Source: Gemmata obscuriglobus
GTDB lineage: Bacteria > Planctomycetota > Planctomycetia > Gemmatales > Gemmataceae
Length of the DNA stretch: 32,000 nt
Reading direction: 5' to 3'
Assembly: GCF_008065095.1 (NCBI RefSeq)
Contig: NZ_CP042911.1
Span: 1,290,001-1,322,000, forward strand
Shown: piece by piece, positions 23,373 to 29,881 of the stretch
How the letters are laid out: the number at the start of each line of letters is the position of its first letter
Position numbering within the stretch: the stretch's first letter is position 1
Program-made: the position numbers and the translations under genes
Notes under the pieces: generated by a model
What the model was told of the DNA's origin: nothing
The model's database searches: none
The model's input: only the letters and a program-made list of their open reading frames with translations

Positions 23373-23614
23373 TGTGGCTTGTTCTTGATTGCGGTGTCGA
23401 TGTAGTCCACGGCTTCGCCGACGGTCTTGATCTTCTCGGCCTGGTCGTCCGGGATCTGGATGTCGAACTCTTCTTCCAGCTCCATGACGAACTCGACGAT
23501 GTCGAGCGAGTCGGCGCCGATCTCTTCGATGAACGTGGTGTTGCGGGTGATCTTTTCTTTGTCGTAGGCGAAGTGCTCGCTCACGATGTCGATGACTCGT
23601 TGCTCAACGGACAC
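23369..23614 (-). CDS. acpP: Acyl carrier protein
   Basis: GTG 23614 lies 7 nt after GGAGGA. The phosphopantetheine site LGADSLD appears in IEEIGADSLDIVEFVMELEEEFDIQIPDD. 81 aa. Confidence 0.9.
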   Translation of the reverse strand: MSVEQRVIDIVSEHFAYDKEKITRNTTFIEEIGADSLDIVEFVMELEEEFDIQIPDDQAEKIKTVGEAVDYIDTAIKNKPQ

Positions 23615-23916
23615 GGTTCGTTCCTCCGGGCGGTGGTGGAGCCACCGCGACACCCACAGCCCGGCCAACTCCGACCGGCCCGCAGCAGCATCTCGCTTGT
23701 TGTATTGCGCCGGCGCGGCCCACGCGCCACGGGTCAGCGTTTCCCGGGCGCCAGCACTGCGACTGGCGATCGAAACTCTACTGAGGCGGCCCACAAAAGA
23801 AAAGGCCGCCCGCGCTCACGAGCAAGTGAAAAGGCAAAAGGAGAAAGGGAAAACAGTGCAAGAAGCGCCTCGCGCCGTGTCCCGCCTTCGTTGCTTTTTT
23901 CCTGTTCACTCCGCGG

Positions 23917-24825
23917 TTACGCCGCAACGTTTCGGATATCGGCTTTTCGGTGCAACCGCTTGAGGAGACCGGCGAGGACCCGCCCCGGCCCGATCTCGTA
24001 GAACCGCTCCACGCCTTCGGCCAGCAGCCCGCGCATGGTCTCTTCCCAGCGCACCGGCGACAGCACCTGCTTGACCAGCAGCCCGCGGATCTCGGCGGGG
24101 TCGGCGTGCGGCCGGGCGTCGACGTTCGACCACACCGGCACCTGGGGCGCCCCCAGGTTGGCCCCCGCGAGCGCCGCGGCGAGTTTCTCGTCCGCGGGCC
24201 TCATGAGGTGCGTGTGGAACGCGCCCGCGACGGCCAGCCGGACGGTGCGGATGCCGCCCTTCTGGACGCACAACTGTTCGAACCGGTCGAGCGCGGCCAG
24301 CGCGCCGGAAATCACCGTGTTGCCCGGGCAGAGCAGGTTCGCGACCTCGAGCGTGTCGGCGCCGCGGGCCTCGCTCACGAGCGCCTCGACCTCCGGCACC
24401 TCCATCCCCAGCACGGAAATCATGCCGGACGGGGTGGCGACGGCGGCGTCCTGCATCGCGCGGCCGCGAGCCTGCACGAGCCGCACGCCGTCCTCGAACG
24501 AGAGGGCGCCCGCGAAGGCGAGTGCGGTGTACTCGCCGAGGCTCAGCCCCGCGGTCGCGTGCACGCCGCCGAACGCGTCGGGCTCGGTCGCGCGGAGCTG
24601 CTCCAGGGCCGCCAGGCTCGCCACGAAGATCGCGGGCTGGCTCACGTCGGTCGCGTTGAGCTTCTCGGCCGGGCCGCCGACGCACACGTCGAGCAGGTCG
24701 TACCCGAGGATCTCGGACGCGCGGCGGAACAGGTCGCGCGCCGCCGGGAGCGACTGGCACAGCGCCCCGGCCATGCCGACCGTCTGCGCGCCTTGACCGG
24801 GAAACAGAAAGGCCGTGCGTGGCAT
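23917..24825 (-). CDS. fabD: Malonyl-CoA:ACP transacylase
   Basis: FLFPGQGAQ, GLSLGEYTAL (GxSxG) and VAGAFHT motifs. 302 aa. Confidence 0.95.
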   Translation of the reverse strand: MPRTAFLFPGQGAQTVGMAGALCQSLPAARDLFRRASEILGYDLLDVCVGGPAEKLNATDVSQPAIFVASLAALEQLRATEPDAFGGVHATAGLSLGEYTALAFAGALSFEDGVRLVQARGRAMQDAAVATPSGMISVLGMEVPEVEALVSEARGADTLEVANLLCPGNTVISGALAALDRFEQLCVQKGGIRTVRLAVAGAFHTHLMRPADEKLAAALAGANLGAPQVPVWSNVDARPHADPAEIRGLLVKQVLSPVRWEETMRGLLAEGVERFYEIGPGRVLAGLLKRLHRKADIRNVAA

Positions 24826-24892
24826 GGGGAAACTCGCTCTCCGGCCGCGCCCGTTGGAATCAGTGACTGCTCATATCGGGGCGGCCGCACCA

Positions 24893-24932
24893 CCAGAAAC
24901 AAAAATAGGCGGAACGGCCGAAACGCGCTCCG
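24893..24932 (-). terminator. Possible intrinsic terminator/attenuator between plsX and fabD
   Basis: The minus strand reads GGCGGA-(14-nt GC-rich loop)-TCCGCC followed by TATTTTTGTTTC. It starts 11 nt after the plsX stop. Confidence 0.35.
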
Positions 24933-24942
24933 CCATCAGGAC

Positions 24943-25950
24943 TCACTCGTCGCCCTTGGGCAGCGCGGCGAGTTCGGCGACGATCTTCTCGTTCAGCTTC
25001 ACCCGGACGTTGAGCGCCGCGACGCCCAGGGCGCTCGCGATGGCCTTGTCCTTGGACGAGCCGTGGCAGATGATGCAGACGCCCTCGACCCCCAGCAGCG
25101 GGGCGCCGCCGACCGCGCTGTAGTGGTACTTCGCCAGCAGCGTCTTCAGCGCCAGCGCCGCCTGATCGCGTTCGGCGGACAGCGTGCCGATGACCTCGTG
25201 GCTGATGAGCCCGACGACGAACTCCAGCACGCCCTCGCTGAGCTTCAGCACGACGTTGCCGGTGAACCCGTCGGTCACCACCACGTCGACCGCGCCGCGG
25301 TGGATGTCGCGGCCCTCAATGTTCCCGACGAACCGCTCGCTCAGCGGGCTGTTGCGGAACAGCTCGTAAGTCTTTTGGACGAGCTCGTGGCCCTTGCCCT
25401 CTTCCTCGCCCACGTTCATCAGACCGAGGGAGGGCTTCTCGATGTTCAGCACGTGCTTCGCGAAGACGCTCCCCATCGCCCCGTACTGGAGCAGGTGGCG
25501 CGGCTTCGGGAACACGTTGGCGCCGACGTCCATGATGACGCAGCGGCCCTTGGCCGTCGGCATCACGGTGGCGATCCCGGGCTTGTGGACCCCGGGCAGG
25601 AAGCGGCGCGACAGCACCCCGCCGGCGACGACCGCCCCGGTGTTGCCGGCCGACACCAGCCCGTCCACGTTGCCTTCGGCGAGGAGCTTCCAGGCGCGGA
25701 ACACGCTGGCGTCCGGCTTGCGGCGCAGCGCCTCCGCGGGCTTCTCCTTCATCTCGACCACTTGCGCGGCGTGAACGACCTCGACCCTACCCGCCGGCAA
25801 TGGAGACGCCGCGAGCAGCGGGTCGAGCTGCCCTTGGTCGCCCACCAGAACGACGGTGAGGTCGGGGTTCGAGGCGAGCGCCAGAGCGGCGCCCCCCACG
25901 TTCGGAGCCGGGCCGTGATCGCCGCCCATCGCGTCGAGGGCGATCCGCAT
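24943..25950 (-). CDS. plsX: Phosphate acyltransferase PlsX
   Basis: MRIALDAMGGDHGP N-terminus, SAGNTGA, and GAPLLGVEGVCIICHGSS C-terminal motif. 335 aa. Confidence 0.95.
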   Translation of the reverse strand: MRIALDAMGGDHGPAPNVGGAALALASNPDLTVVLVGDQGQLDPLLAASPLPAGRVEVVHAAQVVEMKEKPAEALRRKPDASVFRAWKLLAEGNVDGLVSAGNTGAVVAGGVLSRRFLPGVHKPGIATVMPTAKGRCVIMDVGANVFPKPRHLLQYGAMGSVFAKHVLNIEKPSLGLMNVGEEEGKGHELVQKTYELFRNSPLSERFVGNIEGRDIHRGAVDVVVTDGFTGNVVLKLSEGVLEFVVGLISHEVIGTLSAERDQAALALKTLLAKYHYSAVGGAPLLGVEGVCIICHGSSKDKAIASALGVAALNVRVKLNEKIVAELAALPKGDE

Positions 25951-25953
25951 GGT

Positions 25954-26151
25954 TTACTTCCCTTGCTTGTCGTCTTCTTCCACGGGCAGGGCGTCGCGGC
26001 CCTGATAGAACCCGCAGTTCGAGCACACGCGGTGCGGCATCACCGGCTCGTTGCACCGGGCGCAGTATTGAATTTGGACGGGCACAACGGCGTGGTGACT
26101 GCGCCGCGTGCCTTTACGGGAGCGGGAGGTCCGCCTCTTGGGTACTGCCAT
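25954..26151 (-). CDS. rpmF: 50S ribosomal protein L32 (Zn-ribbon form)
   Basis: MAVPKRRTSRSRKGTRRSH with CxxC...CxxC (CARCNEPVMPHRVCSNCG). It lies 3 nt upstream of plsX, the canonical rpmF-plsX linkage. Confidence 0.95.
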   Translation of the reverse strand: MAVPKRRTSRSRKGTRRSHHAVVPVQIQYCARCNEPVMPHRVCSNCGFYQGRDALPVEEDDKQGK

Positions 26152-26329
26152 GACGCTATCTCGCGGTCGTAGTCTGGTTCCTAATCAAGAACGGCTATGT
26201 TAGGACCGCGTACAACGACAGTCCAGCGTAACACGCAAGAAACGCACCGTCCGAACAGCTCCGTAGGATGAGGTTAGTGCCCCCGACTCACACGGGACAG
26301 GGGGCGCGCGGGTTCTCGCGGGGGAGCGC

Positions 26330-26833
26330 ATGGATCACTTGTGGGCGCCGTGGCGGCTGTCGTACATCACCGGCCCCAAAGAGAAGCCCGACGGCGGCCC
26401 CGCGTGCTTCCTCTGCCGCGCCGCGGCCGGGACCGGTGCCGACGATCGGGCGAACCTGGTCGTTCACCGCACGGAACGGTCCGTCGTGGTGCTGAACCGG
26501 TTCCCGTACAACAACGGCCACCTCCTCGTCTGCCCGCTGGCGCACAAGGGCCGCTTCGACGAACTCACCCCCGAAGAGCTGCTCGACTTACAGCTTGTGA
26601 TGCGCTGGTTCATGGGCGTCATCGAGAAGCGGATGAACGCCGACGGGTTTAACGTGGGGCTGAACCTGGGGCGCCCCGCCGGGGCGGGCGTGCCTGGACA
26701 CCTGCACTGGCACGTCGTCCCGCGGTGGAACGGCGACCAGAACTTCATGGCCGTGACCGGCGACACGCACGTCATTTCGCAATCGCTGGACGCGCTGTAC
26801 GATCTCCTCGCGGAAGAGCTGGCGAAGGTGTGA
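26330..26833 (+). CDS. HIT (histidine triad) family nucleotide hydrolase/transferase
   Basis: Histidine triad GHLHWHVVPRW. Also VVLNRFPYNNGHLLV and an N-terminal CFLC. Confidence 0.9.
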   Translation: MDHLWAPWRLSYITGPKEKPDGGPACFLCRAAAGTGADDRANLVVHRTERSVVVLNRFPYNNGHLLVCPLAHKGRFDELTPEELLDLQLVMRWFMGVIEKRMNADGFNVGLNLGRPAGAGVPGHLHWHVVPRWNGDQNFMAVTGDTHVISQSLDALYDLLAEELAKV

Positions 26834-26852
26834 GTTGGGCCGGGGGGGGAGC

Positions 26853-27257
26853 ATGGAAATCGTACCGCATGTCCGCATCGGAAGGGTGCGCCTCGGGATG
26901 TCGCAGGAGGAGGCCGAGTGGCTCCGTGAGCCGGGCATGCAAACCGATTGGCGGGGCGCGCCGCCGGTGGTGGCGTTCATCCAAGTGAGCAAGCGGGTGT
27001 GCGCAGCGTACCGCGGCGTCGACGTGTTCGAGGTCCCGGCAACGGAGGTGGTTGCCGAAATCGTGCGGCTCGAAGAGTTAAACCCGGACGATTACCCGCC
27101 GGGAAGGCACCAATACCTGTTCCCGGCGCTTAACTTCGCACTCTGGCGGGGCTACGTGAACGACGACAACCCGGATGACCACCAGGGCTACTACTTCCAG
27201 GCCGCAAGCATTCACGTTCCCGGGTACTACACGGGAAACAGCGCTCAATCCACGTAA
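26853..27257 (+). CDS. Hypothetical protein (134 aa)
   Basis: ATG 26853 is preceded by the GGGGGGGAG run. No recognisable motif. The last 13 nt overlap the start of the duplicated PSD1 3'-end segment. Confidence 0.55.
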   Translation: MEIVPHVRIGRVRLGMSQEEAEWLREPGMQTDWRGAPPVVAFIQVSKRVCAAYRGVDVFEVPATEVVAEIVRLEELNPDDYPPGRHQYLFPALNFALWRGYVNDDNPDDHQGYYFQAASIHVPGYYTGNSAQST

Positions 27258-27343
27258 ACGAACTCGTTGACGTTCAGCAGTGCGTGACACAGGTCCGCGC
27301 GGGCTTCTTCGTCGCTCCCCTTGTGGCTGGCGAGGTAGGCGCG
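27245..27343 (-). pseudogene. C-terminal remnant (~32 codons) of a PSD1/DUF1553 paralog
   Basis: The minus-strand translation ...YLASHKGSDEEARADLCHALLNVNEFVYVD* aligns with the end of the intact gene (…YLARHKGSDEEARADLCHALLNLNEFVYVD*, 29882-29980). I count about 5 mismatches in ~95 nt. An in-frame stop lies 43 codons upstream. Confidence 0.7.
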
Positions 27344-27373
27344 CCATCGCGGCGTGTTTGTTGTCCCGCTCCG

Positions 27374-28351
27374 TCACCGTCCCCAGCGGTGCCGCCGGGA
27401 CAGGATAGGCGCAGTGCCGCAGGCGGACGCCGAAGTCGGTCGCGACACGCAGGTCGGTTGGGGCGGCCCCGCCCAAGCCACAACCGGAAGCGGGACAGGC
27501 GGGACGAACGGAGCGAGCGACGCGTTCGCCGGGTCACACAGCCCGGTTCCGTCATCGAACCAATCCCGCATCAGGGCTATCACCCCCGGCTTCCCCTCGC
27601 CGATGTAGTGCGCCCGCCGCTGGCGGTACACGGCCAGCACGCGCGCGGCCGCGTCCCGCACCGCGCGGTCCTCGTCCGTCTCACCGTGCCCCTTTGGAAC
27701 GGCCCAGACGAAATGGCCCCGCTCGGCGGCGTGGGTCGGCAGGTTCACGAAGTCCCGCTTCACGAACACCCCCGTCTCCTTCTCCGATTTTGCGGCTGAC
27801 ACGTAGAAATCGACCGCGTGCCGGGGGTACCCGAACGCGTACCCGTAGCCGCGGAACCGGTCCGACGCCTCGGCCCGCTCGACCGCCGTCATCAGAGCCG
27901 CCGGGTGTGATGACGGGGTGAGCCCGAGTCGCAGCCAGAACGACTTGTCCTCTGCCACCTTCGCCCGCAGCGCCGCGGCGTTGGCCACGTACGCGTGGGC
28001 CGACTTGGTTTTGTCGAACGCGGCCTCGAAGACCTGCACATCGGCGTACAGCGCGTCGCCGCAGCGCAGCGCCTTCACCACCCGCCGGGCCTCGTCCAGC
28101 CGTTCCGCGGCGTCCTCGCCGATCTTCCATTTCAACGCAAGGAACCCCTCGCTGACCGGCTTCACCCCGCCGACCAGGGTGAACAGCGCTTCCCGGTCCA
28201 GGGCGTCGAGCAGCACTCGTTCGGCCCGCGACCGCAGGGGCGGGGGGAGTTCCTCGACCGGGAAGCACTGGGACCGTGGGACCCCACCGGCTTGTGATTG
28301 TGGCGCGACCAGGAGCACCACGAAACATGCGGCCGTGATTGACCACTTCAT
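27374..28351 (-). CDS. Secreted hypothetical protein (325 aa)
   Basis: ATG 28351 gives a signal-peptide-like MKWSITAACFVVLLVAPQSQA. The remainder is globular with G/C-biased codons. No family was recognised. Confidence 0.7.
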   Translation of the reverse strand: MKWSITAACFVVLLVAPQSQAGGVPRSQCFPVEELPPPLRSRAERVLLDALDREALFTLVGGVKPVSEGFLALKWKIGEDAAERLDEARRVVKALRCGDALYADVQVFEAAFDKTKSAHAYVANAAALRAKVAEDKSFWLRLGLTPSSHPAALMTAVERAEASDRFRGYGYAFGYPRHAVDFYVSAAKSEKETGVFVKRDFVNLPTHAAERGHFVWAVPKGHGETDEDRAVRDAAARVLAVYRQRRAHYIGEGKPGVIALMRDWFDDGTGLCDPANASLAPFVPPVPLPVVAWAGPPQPTCVSRPTSASACGTAPILSRRHRWGR

Positions 28352-28435
28352 CAGGGGGAACCTTTTCCGGGTAGAAGCCGGTTCGTACAAAACCTAGTAG
28401 CAATACGTTTTACTAAGTTTGCTGGACTAGTCTCT

Positions 28436-28891
28436 ATGCGTCTGATCCCGATTTTTGCGATTACGGTGCTGTTCGCCGGATGCGGTCCGTCCCCGCCCCA
28501 ACTCGCTCCAGTCGAGGGGGCCGTGACCCTCGGCGGGCGCCCGCTCGCCAACATTGAGGTGGTGTTCGTCCCCGAGGCGGGGACGCACGGGCGTGACATC
28601 GCGGCTTACACGGACGCGGACGGCCGGTACCGCATCCCGCACGACCAGGCGGGCGGCGTCGGCGTGCCGGTCGGCGTTCACCGGGTTCTGCTCCGGGACG
28701 CCGACATGTACCTGGTTCCGCCCGGCGGCGTGGACGCGGAGTCGGGCGAACCGGTCCCGGGCGCGAAAAACGCGAAGCCGGCCCGAAAGACGTCGCGTGT
28801 GCCGCTCGCCTACGGGGACGCGGCCAAGACCCCGCTCCGCGACACGGAGGTGCCCGCGGGCGGGCGGACGTTCGACATCGAAGTCAAGTGA
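28436..28891 (+). CDS. Small lipoprotein with a carboxypeptidase-regulatory-like (transthyretin-type) domain
   Basis: Lipobox LFAGCG. VEGAVTLGGRPLANIEVVFVPE...AYTDADGRYRI is the CarboxypepD_reg-like pattern. It lies immediately upstream of a DUF1559 gene, an arrangement I recall as frequent in planctomycetes. Confidence 0.75.
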   Translation: MRLIPIFAITVLFAGCGPSPPQLAPVEGAVTLGGRPLANIEVVFVPEAGTHGRDIAAYTDADGRYRIPHDQAGGVGVPVGVHRVLLRDADMYLVPPGGVDAESGEPVPGAKNAKPARKTSRVPLAYGDAAKTPLRDTEVPAGGRTFDIEVK

Positions 28892-28922
28892 CCTTCTCTC
28901 AACACCAACCGGAGCCACCGTC

Positions 28923-29825
28923 GTGCCCCGTCGTTCCGCTTTCACGCTCATCGAACTGCTGGTCGTGATTGCGATCATCGCGATCCTGATCGGCCTGCTG
29001 CTGCCCGCGGTTCAAAAGGTCCGCGAGGCCGCCGCACGCATGAAGTGCTCGAACAACCTCAAGCAACTCGCCCTGGCCGCTCACAACTACCACGCCACTT
29101 ACGAGAAGCTGCCGCCGATTAACAACAGCGCGGTCGGGACGTGGCCGGTCCACCTGTTCCCGTACCTGGAGCAGGACCAGCTGTACCAGCGGTGGGTGGC
29201 GGCCGGGACGCTCCAGGCCCGCGGGGCCGGGGGCGCGAACTCGATCCTGGCCACGGTCGTGCCGGGCCTGCTGTGCCCGTCGGACCCGTTCCCGGCGCCG
29301 GTGTACAACCGCGGGGTGTTCGGGCTGTTCACGCCGGACGGGAAGTACGAGGGGCTGTGCAGCTACGGCGCGAACAACGGGGCGCAGCTCCCGGCCAATA
29401 ACGCCAAGGACGGGGTGTTCTACAACGACTCGGCGGTCAAGCTGCTGGCCATCACCGACGGGACGAGCAACACGGTCATGTTCGGGGACGGGTATCACCG
29501 GGACCCGCGGTGGGGGCAGTTGATGGGAACGGGCAGTGACACGATGGAGGGGTACGCGGCGTGGAGCGGAGGGCCGTTCTTCATCCAGCGGTCGGCCCTG
29601 GTGGGGGTGAACTACCGCATCCCGCCGACGCTCGCCACCCCGCCGACCGGGGCGAGTAACCCGGAGTACTACAAGCGGGTGTTCGCGTTCGCCAGCGGGC
29701 ACACGGGCGGGGCGAACGTGTCGATGTGCGACGGGTCGGTGCGGTTCTTCCGGGACAGCCTGCCGCTCATCACATTACAAGAGCTGTGCACCACCGCGAG
29801 CGGCAATGTCGCCAACCCGGACTGA
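28923..29825 (+). CDS. DUF1559 protein with a prepilin-type N-terminal cleavage/methylation domain and a C-terminal H-X9-DG motif
   Basis: GTG 28923. RRSAFTLIELLVVIAIIAILIGLLLPAVQKVREAAARMKCSNNLKQLALAAHNYH. C-terminal HTGGANVSMCDGSVRF (H-X9-DG). Confidence 0.9.
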   Translation: MPRRSAFTLIELLVVIAIIAILIGLLLPAVQKVREAAARMKCSNNLKQLALAAHNYHATYEKLPPINNSAVGTWPVHLFPYLEQDQLYQRWVAAGTLQARGAGGANSILATVVPGLLCPSDPFPAPVYNRGVFGLFTPDGKYEGLCSYGANNGAQLPANNAKDGVFYNDSAVKLLAITDGTSNTVMFGDGYHRDPRWGQLMGTGSDTMEGYAAWSGGPFFIQRSALVGVNYRIPPTLATPPTGASNPEYYKRVFAFASGHTGGANVSMCDGSVRFFRDSLPLITLQELCTTASGNVANPD

Positions 29826-29858
29826 CAGTCGGGTCGAGAACCCGTTCCGTGGAGCACA

Positions 29859-29877
29859 GGCCGCGTTCGGCGCGGCC
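29859..29877. terminator. Hairpin between convergent DUF1559 and PSD1 genes
   Basis: GGCCGCG-ttcgg-CGCGGCC, a 7-bp stem. No U-tract follows. Confidence 0.3.
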
Positions 29878-29881
29878 GGAC

